Below, one piece after another: positions 1-13,108 of a DNA stretch of 64,000 nucleotides (position 1 is its first letter; every line of letters starts with the position of its first letter). The stretch covers positions 124,001 to 188,000 of the forward strand of contig JASTWF010000353.1 in the NCBI GenBank assembly GCA_030390025.1, in the 5' to 3' direction. A program made the position numbers and the translations under genes. The notes under the pieces were generated by a model that was not told where the DNA came from, searched no databases, and saw only the letters and a program-made list of their open reading frames with translations. The DNA is from Squalus acanthias (taxonomy: Eukaryota).

Positions 1-3000
1 TCTGTATCTGCCCCTCAATTTCTGTACCTGCCCCTTGATCTCTGTATCTGCACCTCACTCTCTGTATCTGCCCCTCACTCTCTGTATCTGTCCCTCAATC
101 GCAGTAACTGCCCCTCGCTCTCTGTATCTCTCCCTCACTCTCTGTAACTGCCCCTCACTCTCTGTATCTGCCCCTCGATCTCTGTATCTGCCCCTCACTC
201 TCTGTATCTGCCCCTTGATCGCAGTATCTGACCCTCGCTCTCTGTATCTCTCCCTCACTCTCTGTATCTGCCCCTCACTCTCTGTATCTGCCCCTCACTC
301 TCTGTATCTGCCCCTCGATCTCTGTATCTGCCCCTTAACCTCTCTGTATCTGTCCCTCACTCTCTGTATCTGCCCCTCACTCTCTGTATCTGTCCCTTGA
401 TCACAGTGTCTGCCCCTCACTCTTGGTACCTGCCCCTCGATCTCTGTATCTGCCCCTCACTCTCTGTATCTGCCCCCACTCTCTGTATCTTCCCCTCACT
501 CTCTGTATCTACCCCTCGATCTCTGTATCTGCCCCCACTCTCTGTATCTGCCCCTCACTCTCTGTATCTGCCCCTGGATCTATATATCTGCCCCTCAATC
601 ACTCTGTATCTGCCCCTCACTCTCTGTATCTGCCCCTCGATCTCTGTATCTGCCCCTTAACCTATCTGTATCTGTCCCTCACTTTCTGTATCTGCCCCTC
701 ACTCTCTGTATCTGTCCCTTGATCGCAGTGTCTGCCCCTCGCTCTTGGTACCTGCCCCTCGATCTCTGTATCTGCCCCTCACTCTCTGTATCTGCCCCCA
801 CTCTCTGTATCTTCCCCTCACTCTCTGCATCTACCCCTCGATCTCTGTATCTGCCCCCACTCTCTGTATCTGCCCCTCACTCTCTGTATCTGCCCCTGGA
901 TCTCTATATCTGCCCCTCGATCACTCTGTATCTGCCCCTCACTCTCTGTATCTGCCCCTCGATCTCTATATCTGCCCCTCGATCGCTCTGTTTCTGCTCT
1001 TCGCTCTCTGTATCTGTCCCTCAATCTCTTGTATCTGCACCTGCCTCTCTGTATCTGGCCCTCAATCTCTGTATCTGCCCCTCACTCTCTGTATCTGTCC
1101 CCTTGATCTCAGTATCTGCCCCTCACTCACTGTATCTGCCCCTCATTCTCGGTATCGGACCCTCAATCTCAGTATCTGCCCCTCAATCTCTGTGTCTGCC
1201 CCTGGATCTCTATATCTGCCCCTCAATCACTCTGTATCTGCCCCTCACTCTCTATATCTGCCCCTCGATCTCTCTGTTTCTGCTCTTCACTCTCTGTATC
1301 TGCCCCTCGATCTCTATATCTGCCCCTCGATCTCTCTGTTTCTGCTCTTCACTCTCTGTATCTGCCCCTCACTCTCTGTATCTGTCCCTTGATCGCAGTG
1401 TCTGCCCCTCACTCTTGGTACCTGCCCCTCGATCTCTATATCTGCCCCTCGATCTCTCTGTATCTGCCCCCACTCTCTGTATCTGCCCCTCACTCTCTGT
1501 ATCTGCCCCTCGATCTCTGTATCTGCCCCTCACTCTCTGTATCTGCCCCTTGATCTCTATATCTGTCCCTCGATCTCTCTGTATCTGCACCTCACTCTCT
1601 GTATCTACCCCTCGATCTCTGTATCTGCCCCTTGAGCTCTGTATCTATCCCTCGATCTCTGTATCTGCCCCTCGATCTCTGTATCTTCCCCTTGATCTCT
1701 GTATCTGCCCCTTGATCTCTGTATCTGCTACTCGATCTCTCTGTATCTGCCCCTAGATCTCTGTACCTGCCCCTTGATCTCTGTATCTGCACCTCACTCT
1801 CTGTATCTGCCCCTCACTCTCTGTATCTGTCCCTCGATCACAGTAACTGCCCCTCGCTCTCTGTATCTCTCCCTCACTCTCTGTAACTGCCCCTCACTCT
1901 CTGTATCTGCCCCTCGATCTCTCTGTATCTGCCCCTCAATTTCTGTACCTGCCCCTTGATCTCTGTATCTGCAACTCACTCTCTGTATCTGCACCTCACT
2001 CTCTGTATCTGTCCCTCAATCGCAGTAACTGCCCCTCGCTCTGTGTATCTCTCCCTCACTCTCTGTAACTGCCCCTCACTCTCTGTATCTGCCCCTCGAT
2101 CTCTGTATCTGCCCCTCACTCTCTGTATCTGCCCCTTGATCGCAGTATCTGACCCTCGCTCTCTGTATCTCTCCCTCACTCTCTGTATCTGCCCCTCACT
2201 CTCTGTATCTGCCCCTCACTCTCTGTATCTGCCCCTCGATCTCTGTATCTGCCCCTTAACCTCTCTGTATCTGTCCCTCACTCTCTGTATCTGCCCCTCA
2301 CTCTCTGTATCTGTCCCTTGATCACAGTGTCTGCCCCTCACTCTTGGTACCTGCCCCTCGATCTCTGTATCTGCCCCTCACTCTCTGTATCTGCCCCCAC
2401 TCTCTGTATCTTCCCCTCACTCTCTGTATCTACCCCTCGATCTCTGTATCTGCCCCCACTCTCTGTATCTGCCCCTCACTCTCTGTATCTGCCCCTGGAT
2501 CTATATATCTGCCCCTCAATCACTCTGTATCTGCCCCTCACTCTCTGTATCTGCCCCTCGATCTCTGTATCTGCCCCTTAACCTATCTGTATCTGTCCCT
2601 CACTTTCTGTATCTGCCCCTCACTCTCTGTATCTGTCCCTTGATCGCAATGTCTGCCCCTCGCTCTTGGTACCTGCCCCTCGATCTCTGTATCTGCCCCT
2701 CACTCTCTGTATCTGCCCCCACTCTCTGTATCTTCCCCTCACTCTCTGCATCTACCCCTCGATCTCTGTATCTGCCCCCACTCTCTGTATCTGCCCCTCA
2801 CTCTCTGTATCTGCCCCTGGATCTCTATATCTGCCCCTCGATCACTCTGTATCTGCCCCTCACTCTCTGTATCTGCCCCTCGATCTCTATATCTGCCCCT
2901 CGATCGCTCTGTTTCTGCTCTTCGCTCTCTGTATCTGTCGCTCAATCTCTTGTATCTGCACCTGCCTCTCTGTATCTGGCCCTCAATCTCTGTATCTGCC

Positions 3001-3842
3001 CCTCACTCTCTGTATCTGTCCCCTTGATCTCAGTATCTGCCCCTCACTCACTGTATCTGCCCCTCATTCTCGGTATCGGACCCTCAATCTCAGTATCTGC
3101 CCCTCAATCTCTGTGTCTGCCCCTGGATCTCTATATCTGCCCCTCAATCACTCTGTATCTGCCCCTCACTCTCTTTATCTGCCCCTCGATCTCTCTGTTT
3201 CTGCTCTTCACTCTCTGTATCTGCCCCTCGATCTCTATATCTGCCCCTCGATCTCTCTGTTTCTGCTCTTCACTCTCTGTATCTGCCCCTCACTCTCTGT
3301 ATCTGTCCCTTGATCGCAGTGTCTGCCCCTCACTCTTGGTACCTGCCCCTCGATCTCTATATCTGCCCCTCGATCTCTCTGTATCTGCCCCCACTCTCTG
3401 TATCTGCCCCTCACTCTCTGTATCTGCCCCTCGATCTCTGTATCTGCCCCTCACTCTCTGTATCTGCCCCTTGATCTCTATATCTGTCCCTCGATCTCTC
3501 TGTATCTGCACCTCACTCTCTGTATCTACCCCTCGATCTCTGTATCTGCCCCTTGAGCTCTGTATCTATCCCTCGATCTCTGTATCTGCCCCTCGATCTC
3601 TGTATCTTCCCCTTGATCTCTGTATCTGCCCCTTGATCTCTGTATCTGCTACTCGATCTCTCTGTATCTGCCCCTAGATCTCTGTACCTGCCCCTTGATC
3701 TCTGTATCTGCACCTCACTCTCTGTATCTGCCCCTCACTCTCTGTATCTGTCCCTCGATCGCAGTAACTGCCCCTCGCTCTCTGTATCTCTCCCTCACTC
3801 TCTGTAACTGCCCCTCACTCTCTGTATCTGCCCCTCGATCTC
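1..3842 (+). repeat. Tandem duplication with a 1921-bp period (1-1921 vs 1922-3842)
   Basis: Position 1922 restarts the sequence at position 1 (TCTGTATCTGCCCCTCAATTTCTGTACCTG). ORFs 35/1956, 397/2318, 719/2640, 1369/3290 and 1592/3513 are all offset by 1921 with only a few substitutions. Confidence 0.93.
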
Positions 3843-6800
3843 TGTATCTGCCCCTCACTCTCTGTATCTGCCCCTCGATTGCAGTAACTGCCCCTCGCTC
3901 TCTGTATCTCTCCCTCATTCTCTGTATCTGCCCCTCACTCTCTGTATCTGCCCCTCGATCTCTGTATCTGCCCCTCACTCTCTGTATCTGCCCCTCGATC
4001 TCTGTATCTGCCCCTTAACCTCTCTGTATCTGTCCCTCACTCTCTGTATCTGCCCCTCACTCTCTGTATCTGTCCCTTGATCACAGTGTCTGCCCCTCAC
4101 TCTTGGTAACTGCCCCTCGATCTCTGTATCTGCCCCTCACTCTCTGTATCTGCCCCCACTCTCTGTATCTTCCCCTCACTCTCTGTATCTGCCCCTGGAT
4201 CTCTATATCTGCCCCTCGATCACTCTGTATCTGCCCCTCACTCTCTGTATCTGCCCCTCGATCTCTATATCTGCCCCTCGATCTCTCTGTTTCTGCTCTT
4301 CACTCTCTGTATCTGCCCCTCGATCTCTATATCTGCCCCTCGATCTCTCTGTTTCTGCTCTTCACTCTCTGTATCTGCCCCTCACTCTCTGTAGCTGTCC
4401 CTTGATCGCAGTGTCTGCCCCTCACTCTTGGTACCTGCCCCTCGATCTCTGTATCTGCCCCTCACTCTCTGTATCTGCCCCCACTCTCTGTATCTGCCCC
4501 TCACTCTCTGTATCTGCCCCTCGATCTCTGTATCTGCCCCTCACTCTCTGTATCTGCCCCTTGATCTCTATATCTGCCCCTCGATCTCTCTGTATCTGCC
4601 CCTCACTCTCTGTATCTACCCCTCGATCTCTGTATCTGCTCCTTGATCTCTGTATCTATCCCTCGATCTCTGTATCTGCCTTTCGATCTCTGTATCTTCC
4701 CCTTGATCTCTGTATCTGCCCCTTGATCTCTGTATCTGCCACTCGATCTCTCTGTATCTGCCCCTCGATCTCTGTACCTGCCCCTTGATCTCTGTATCTG
4801 CACCTCAGTCTCTGTATCTGCCCCTCACTCTCTGTATCTGTCCCTTGATCGCAGTAACTGCCCCTCACTCTCTGTATCTCTCCCTCACTCTCTGTAACTG
4901 CCCCTCACTCTCTGTATCTGCCCCTCGATCTCTGTACCTGCCCCTCACTCTCTGTATCTGCCCCCACTCTCTGTATCTTCCCCTCACTCTCTGTATCTAC
5001 CCCTCGATCTCTGTATCTGCCCCCACTCTCTGTATCTGCCCCTCACTCTCTGTATCTGCCCCTGGATCTATATATCTGCCCCTCAATCACTCTGTATCTG
5101 CCCCTCACTCTCTGTATCTGCCCCTCGATCTCTGTATCTGCCCCTTAACCTATCTGTATCTGTCCCTCACTTTCTGTATCTGCCCCTCACTCTCTGTATC
5201 TGTCCCTTGATCGCAGTGTCTGCCCCTCGCTCTTGGTACCTGCCCCTCGATCTCTGTATCTGCCCCTCACTCTCTGTATCTGCCCCCACTCTCTGTATCT
5301 TCCCCTCACTCTCTGCATCTACCCCTCGATCTCTGTATCTGCCCCTTAACCTATCTGTATCTGTCCCTCACTTTCTGTATCTGCCCCTCACTCTCTGTAT
5401 CTGTCCCTTGATCGCAATGTCTGCCCCTCGCTCTTGGTACCTGCCCCTCGATCTTTGTATCTGCCCCTCACTCTCTGTATCTGCCCCCACTCTCTGTATC
5501 TTCCCCTCACTCTCTGCATCTACCCCTCGATCTCTGTATCTGCCCCCACTCTCTGTATCTGCCCCTCACTCTCTGTATCTGCCCCTGGATCTCTATATCT
5601 GCCCCTCGATCACTCTGTATCTGCCCCTCACTCTCTGTATCTGCCCCTCGATCTCTATATCTGCCCCTCGATCGCTCTGTTTCTGCTCTTCGCTCTCTGT
5701 ATCTGTCGCTCAATCTCTTGTATCTGCACCTGCCTCTCTGTATCTGGCCCTCAATCTCTGTATCTGCCCCTCACTCTCTGTATCTGTCCCCTTGATCTCA
5801 GTATCTGCCCCTCACTCACTGTATCTGCCCCTCATTCTCGGTATCGGACCCTCAATCTCAGTATCTGCCCCTCAATCTCTGTGTCTGCCCCTGGATCTCT
5901 ATATCTGCCCCTCTATCACTCTGTATCTGCCCCTCACTCTCTATATCTGCCCCTCGATCTCTCTGTTTCTGCTCTTCACTCTCTGTATCTGCCCCTCGAT
6001 CTCTATATCTGCCCCTCGATCTCTCTGTTTCTGCTCTTCACTCTCTGTATCTGCCCCTCACTCTCTGTATCTGTCCCTTGATCGCAGTGTCTGCCCCTCA
6101 CTCTTGGTACCTGCCCCTCGATCTCTATATCTGCCCCTCGATCTCTCTGTATCTGCCCCCACTCTCTGTATCTGCCCCTCACTCTCTGTATCTGCCCCTC
6201 GATCTCTGTATCTGCCCCTCACTCTCTGTATCTGCCCCTTGATCTCTATATCTGTCCCTCGATCTCTCTGTATCTGCACCTCACTCTCTGTATCTACCCC
6301 TCGATCTCTGTATCTGCCCCTTGAGCTCTGTATCTATCCCTCGATCTCTGTATCTGCCCCTCGATCTCTGTATCTTCCCCTTGATCTCTGTATCTGCCCC
6401 TTGATCTCTGTATCTGCTACTCGATCTCTCTGTATCTGCCCCTAGATCTCTGTACCTGCCCCTTGATCTCTGTATCTGCACCTCACTCTCTGTATCTGCC
6501 CCTCACTCTCTGTATCTGTCCCTCGATCGCAGTAACTGCCCCTCGCTCTCTGTATCTCTCCCTCACTCTCTGTAACTGCCCCTCACTCTCTGTATCTGCC
6601 CCTCGATCTCTGTATCTGCCCCTCACTCTCTGTATCTGCCCCTCGATTGCAGTAACTGCCCCTCGCTCTCTGTATCTCTCCCTCATTCTCTGTATCTGCC
6701 CCTCACTCTCTGTATCTGCCCCTCGATCTCTGTATCTGCCCCTCACTCTCTGTATCTGCCCCTCGATCTCTGTATCTGCCCCTTAACCTCTCTGTATCTG

Positions 6801-7670
6801 TCCCTCACTCTCTGTATCTGCCCCTCACTCTCTGTATCTGTCCCTTGATCGCAGTGTCTGCCCCTCACTCTTGGTACCTGCCCCTCGATCTCTGTATCTG
6901 CCCCTCACTCTCTGTATCTGCCCCCACTCTCTGTATCTTCCCCTCACTCACTGTATCTGCCCCTGGATCTCTATATCTGCCCCTCGATCTCTCTGTTTCT
7001 GCTCTTCACTCTCTGTATCTGCCCCTCGATCTCTATATCTGCCCCTCGATCTCTCTGTTTCTGCTCTTCACTCTCTGTATCTGCCCCTCACTCTCTGTAG
7101 CTGTCCCTTGATCGCAGTGTCTGCCCCTCACTCTTGGTACCTGCCCCTCGATCTCTGTATCTGCCCCTCACTCTCTGTATCTGCCCCCACTCTCTGTATC
7201 TGCCCCTCACTCTCTGTATCTGCCCCTCGATCTCTGTATCTGCCCCTCACTCTCTGTATCTGCCCCTTGATCTCCATATCTGCCCCTCGATCTCTCTGTA
7301 TCTGCCCCTCACTCTCTGTATCTACCCCTCGATCTCTGTATCTGCTCCTTGATCTCTGTATCTATCCCTCGATCTCTGTATCTGCCTTTCGATCTCTGTA
7401 TCTTCCCCTTGATCTCTGTATCTGCCCCTTGATCTCTGTATCTGCCACTCGATCTCTCTGTATCTGCCCCTCGATCTCTGTACCTGCCCCTTGATCTCTG
7501 TATCTGCACCTCAATCTCTGTATCTGCCCCTCACTCTCTGTATCTGTCCCTTGATCGCAGTAACTGCCCCTCACTCTCTGTATCTCTCCCTCACTCTCTG
7601 TAACTGCCCCTCACTCTCTGTATCTGCCCCTCGATCTCTGTACCTGCCCCTCACTCTCTGTATCTGCCCC
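2570..7670 (+). repeat. Direct duplication of ~2570-4960 at ~5340-7670 (offset 2768, then 2706)
   Basis: Private variants GCAATGTCT (~2646, ~5414) and TCTGTCGCTC (~2933, ~5703) are shared. ORF pairs 2666/5434 and 3695/6463 are offset by 2768, and 4428/7134 and 4603/7309 by 2706. Ends are approximate. Confidence 0.85.
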
Positions 7671-8539
7671 TCGATCGCAGTAACTGCCCCTTGCTCTCTG
7701 TATCTCTCCCTCACTCTCTGTATCTGCCCCTCACTCTCTGTATCTGCCCCTCGATCTCTGTATCTGCCCCTCACTCTCTGTATCTGCCCCTTGATCTCTA
7801 TATCTGCCACTCGATCTCTCTGTATCTGCCCCTCACTCTCTGTATCTACCCCTCGATCTCTGTATCTGCCCCTTGATCTCTGTATCTATCCCTCGATCTC
7901 TGTATCTGCCCCTCGATCTCTGTATCTTCCCCTTGATCTCTGTATCTGCCCCTTGATCTCTGTATCTGCCACTCGATCTCTCTGTATCTGCCCCTCGATC
8001 TCTGTACCTGCCCCTTGATCTCTGTATCTGCACCTCAATCTCTGTATCTGCCCCTCACTCTCTGTATCTGTCCCTCGATCGCAGTAACTGCCCCTCGCTC
8101 TCTGTATCTCTCCCTCACTCTCTGTAACTGCCCCTCACTCTCTGTATCTGCCCCTCGATCTCTGTATCTGCCCCTCACTCTCTGTATCTGCCCCTCGATC
8201 GCAGTAACTGCCCCTTGCTCTCTGTATCTCTCCCTCACTCTCTGTATCTGCCCCTCACTCTCTGTATCTGCCCTCGATCTCTGTATCTGCCCCTCACTCT
8301 CTGTATCTGCCCCTCGATCTCTGTATCTGCCCCTTAACCTCTCTGTATCTGTCCCTCACTCTCTGTATCTGCCCCTCATTCTCTGTATCTGTCCCTTGAT
8401 CGCAGTGTCTGCCCCTCACTCTTGGTACCTGCCCCTCGATCTCTGTATCTGCCCCTCACTCTCTGTATCTGCCCCCACTCTCTGTATCTTCCCCTCACTC
8501 TCTGCATCTACCCCTCGATCTCTGTATCTGCCCCCACTC

Positions 8540-11100
8540 TCTGTATCTGCCCCTCACTCTCTGTATCTGCCCCTGGATCTCTATATCTGCCCCTCGATCA
8601 CTCTGTATCTGCCCCTCACTCTCTGTATCTGCCCCTCGATCTCTATATCTGCCCCTCGATCGCTCTGTTTCTGCTCTTCGCTCTCTGTATCTGTCCCTCA
8701 ATCTCTCTGTATCTGCACCTGCCTCTCTGTATCTGGCCCTCAATCTCTGTATCTGCCCCTCACTCTCTGTATCTGTCCCCTTGATCTCTGTATCTGCCCC
8801 TCACTCACTGTATCTGCCCCTCATTCTCGGTATCGGACCATCAATCTCAGTATCTGCCCCTCAATCTCTGTGTCTGCCCCTGGATCTCTATATCTGCCCC
8901 TCAATCACTCTGTATCTGCCCCTCACTCTCTGTATCTGCCCCTCGATCTCTATATCTGCCCCTCGATCTCTCTGTTTCTGCTCTTCACTCATGTATCTGC
9001 CCCTCGATCTCTATATCTGCCCCTCGATCTCTCTGTTTCTGCTCTTCACTCTCTGTATCTGCCCCTCACTCTCGGTATCTGCCCCTCGATCTCTGTATCT
9101 GCCCCTCACTCTCTGTATCTGCCCCTTGATCTCTATATCTGTCCCTCGATCTCTCTGTATCTGCACCTCACTCTCTGTATCTACCCCTCGATCTCTGTAT
9201 CTGCCCCTTGATCTCTGTATCTATCCCTCGATCTCTGTATCTCTCCCTCGATCTCTGTATCTTCCCCTTGATCTCTGTATCTGCCCCTTGATCTCTGTAT
9301 CTGCTACTCGATCTCTCTGTATCTGCCCCTAGATCTCTGTACCTGCCCCTTGATCTCTGTATCTGCACCTCACTCTCTGTATCTGCCCCTCACTCTCTGT
9401 ATCTGTCCCTCGATCGCAGTAACTGCCCCTCGCTCTCTGTATCTCTCCCTCACTCTCTGTAACTGCCCCTCACTCTCTGTATCTGCCCCTCGATCTCTGT
9501 ATCTGCCCCTCACTCTCTGTATCTGCCCCTCGATTGCAGTAACTGCCCCTTGCTCTCTGTATCTCTCCCTCATTCTCTGTATGTGCCCCTCACTCTCTGT
9601 ATCTGCCCCTCGATCTCTGTATCTGCCCCTCACTCTCTGTATCTGCCCCTCGATCTCTGTATCTGCCCCTTAACCTCTCTGTATCTGTCCCTCACTCTCT
9701 GTATCTGCCCCTCACTCTCTGTATCTGTCCCTTGATCGCAGTGTCTGCCCCTCACTCTTGGTACCTGCCCCTCGATCTCTGTATCTGCCCCTCACTCTCT
9801 GTATCTGCCCCCACTCTCTGTATCTGCCCCTCACTCTCTGTATCTGCCCCTGGATCTCTATATCTGCCCCTCGATCACTCTGTATCTGCCCCTCACTCTC
9901 TGTATCTGCCCCTCGATCTCTATATCTGCCCCTCGATCGCTCTGTTTCTGCTCTTCGCTCTCTGTATCTGTCCCTCAATCTCTCTGTATCTGCACCTGCC
10001 TCTCTGTATCTGGCCCTCAATCTCTGTATCTGCCCCTCACTCTCTGTATCTGTCCCCTTGATCTCTGTATCTGCCCCTCACTCACTGTATCTGCCCCTCA
10101 TTCTCGGTATCGGACCCTCAATCTCAGTATCTGCCCCTCAATCTCTGTGTCTGCCCCTGGATCTCTATATCTGCCCCTCAATCACTCTGTATCTGCCCCT
10201 CACTCTCTGTATCTGCCCCTCGATCTCTATATCTGCCCCTCGATCTCTCTGTTTCTGCTCTTCACTCATGTATCTGCCTCTCGATCTCTATATCTGCCCC
10301 TCGATCTCTCTGTTTCTGCTCTTCACTCTCTGTATCTGCCCCTCACTCTCTGTATCTGCCCCTCGATCTCTGTATCTGCCCCTCACTCTCTGTATCTGCC
10401 CCTTGATCTCTATATCTGTTCCTCGATCTCTCTGTATCTGCACCTCACTCTCTGTATCTACCCCTCGATCTCTGTATCTGCCCCTTGATCTCTGTATCTA
10501 TCCCTCGATCTCTGTATCTGCCCCTCGATCTCTGTATCTTCCCCTTGATCTCTGTATCTGCCCCTTGATCTCTGTATCTGCTACTCGATCTCTCTGTATC
10601 TGCCCCTAGATCTCTGTACCTGCCCCTTGATCTCTGTATCTGCACCTCACTCTCTGTATCTGCCCCTCACTCTCTGTATCTGTCCCTCGATCGCAGTAAC
10701 TGCCCCTCGCTCTCTGTATCTCTCCCTCACTCTCTGTAACTGCCCCTCACTCTCTGTATCTGCCCCTCGATCTCTGTATCTGCCCCTCACTCTCTGTATC
10801 TGCCCCTCTATTGCAGTAACTGCCCCTTGCTCTCTGTATCTCTCCCTCATTCTCTGTATCTGCCCCTCACTCTCTGTATCTGCCCCTCGATCTCTGTATC
10901 TGCCCCTCACTCTCTGTATCTGCCCCTCGATCTCTGTATCTGCCCCTGAACCTCTCTGTATCTGTCCCTCACTCTCTGTATCTGCCCCTCACTCTCTGTA
11001 TCTGTCCCTTGATCGCAGTGTCTGCCCCTCACTCTTGGTACCTGCCCCTCGATCTCTGTATCTGCCCCTCACTCTCTGTATCTGCCCCCACTCTCTGTAT
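8540..11100 (+). repeat. Tandem duplication with a 1277-bp period, nested in a larger ~4.2-kb repeat (offset 4226 between ~7000-8880 and ~11230-13100)
   Basis: Markers at 8828/10105 and ORFs 9168/10445 and 9350/10627 are offset by 1277. The private variant CACTCATGTATC occurs at ~8986 and ~10263. ORFs 7134/11360, 7491/11717 and 7833/12059 are offset by 4226. Ends are approximate. Confidence 0.83.
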
Positions 11101-13108
11101 CTTCCCCTCACTCTCTGTATCTGCCCCTGGATCTCTATATCTGCCCCTCGATCACTCTGTATCTGCCCCTCACTCTCTGTATCTGCCCCTCGATCTCTAT
11201 ATCTGCCCCTCGATCTCTCTGTTTCTGCTCTTCACTCTCTGTATCTGCCCCTCGATCTCTATATCTGCCCCTCGATCTCTCTGTTTCTGCTCTTCACTCT
11301 CTGTATCTGCCCCTCACTCTCTGTAGCTGTCCCTTGATCGCAGTGTCTGCCCCTCACTCTTGGTACCTGCCCCTCGATCTCTGTATCTGCCCCTCACTCT
11401 CTGTATCTGCCCCCACTCTCTGTATCTGCCCCTCACTCTCTGTATCTGCCCCTCGATCTCTGTATCTGCCCCTCACTCTCTGTATCTGCCCCTTGATCTC
11501 TATATCTGCCCCTCGATCTCTCTGTATCTGCCCCTCACTCTCTGTATCTACCCCTCGATCTCTGTATCTGCTCCTTGATCTCTGTATCTATCCCTCGATC
11601 TCTGTATCTGCCTTTCGATCTCTGTATCTTCCCCTTGATCTCTGTATCTGCCCCTTGATCTCTGTATCTGCCACTCGATCTCTCTGTATCTGCCCCTCGA
11701 TCTCTGTACCTGCCCCTTGATCTCTGTATCTGCACCTCAATCTCTGTATCTGCCCCTCACTCTCTGTATCTGTCCCTTGATCGCAGTAACTGCCCCTCAC
11801 TCTCTGTATCTCTCCCTCACTCTCTGTAACTGCCCCTCACTCTCTGTATCTGCCCCTCGATCTCTGTACCTGCCCCTCACTCTCTGTATCTGCCCCTCGA
11901 TCGCAGTAACTGCCCCTTGCTCTCTGTATCTCTCCCTCACTCTCTGTATCTGCCCCTCACTCTCTGTATCTGCCCCTCGATCTCTGTATCTGCCCCTCAC
12001 TCTCTGTATCTGCCCCTTGATCTCTATATCTGCCACTCGATCTCTCTGTATCTGCCCCTCACTCTCTGTATCTACCCCTCGATCTCTGTATCTGCCCCTT
12101 GATCTCTGTATCTATCCCTCGATCTCTGTATCTGCCCCTCGATCTCTGTATCTTCCCCTTGATCTCTGTATCTGCCCCTTGATCTCTGTATCTGCCACTC
12201 GATCTCTCTGTATCTGCCCCTCGATCTCTGTACCTGCCCCTTGATCTCTGTATCTGCACCTCAATCTCTGTATCTGCCCCTCACTCTCTGTATCTGTCCC
12301 TCGATCGCAGTAACTGCCCCTCGCTCTCTGTATCTCTCCCTCACTCTCTGTAACTGCCCCTCACTCTCTGTATCTGCCCCTCGATCTCTGTATCTGCCCC
12401 TCACTCTCTGTATCTGCCCCTCGATCGCAGTAACTGCCCCTTGCTCTCTGTATCTCTCCCTCACTCTCTGTATCTGCCCCTCACTCTCTGTATCTGCCCC
12501 TCGATCTCTGTATCTGCCCCTCACTCTCTGTCTCTGCCCCTCGATCTCTGTATCTGCCCATTAACCTCTCTGTATCTGTCCCTCACTCTCTGTATCTGCC
12601 CCTCACTCTCTGTATCTGTCCCTTGATCGCAGTGTCTGCCCCTCACTCTTGGTACCTGCCCCTCGGTCTCTGTATCTGCCCCTCACTCTCTGTATCTGCC
12701 CCCACTCTCTGTATCTTCCCCTCACTCTCTTCATCTACCCCTCGATCTCTGTATCTGCCTCCACTCTCTGTATCTGCCCCTCACTCTCTGTATCTGCCCC
12801 TGGATCTCTATATCTGCCCCTCGATCACTCTGTATCTGCCCCTCACTCTCTGTATCTGCCCCTCGATCTCTATATCTGCCCCTCGATCGCTCTGTTTCTG
12901 CTCTTCGCTCTCTGTATCTGTCCCTCGATCTCTCTGTATCTGCACCTGCCTCTCTGTATCTGGCCCTCAACCTCTGTATCTGCCCCTCACTCTCTGTATC
13001 TGTCCCCTTGATCTCTGTATCTGCCCCTCACTCACTGTATCTGCCACTCATTCTCGGTATCGGACCCTCAATCTCAGTATCTGCCCCTCAATCTCTGTGT
13101 CTGCCCCT

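Larger units (their letters stand above)
1..13108 (+). repeat. Array A sub-domain 1: higher-order repeat zone made of recurring variant cassettes
   Basis: The marker CGGTATCGGACC recurs at 1150, 3071, 5839, 8828, 10105 and 13055. CTTGGTACCTG and GTTTCTGCTCTTC cassettes recur only in this interval. Near-identical ORF translations recur at fixed offsets of 1921, 2768/2706, 1277 and 4226. Confidence 0.9.

Noticed and set aside
402..408. RAG recombination-signal heptamer CACAGTG (also ~2323 and ~4082; CACAGTC 6/7 match on the minus strand of each B unit)
   Set aside because: There is no ACAAAAACC-like nonamer at 12 or 23 bp and no V/D/J segments. It arises as a single-base variant of CGCAGTG within the repeat.
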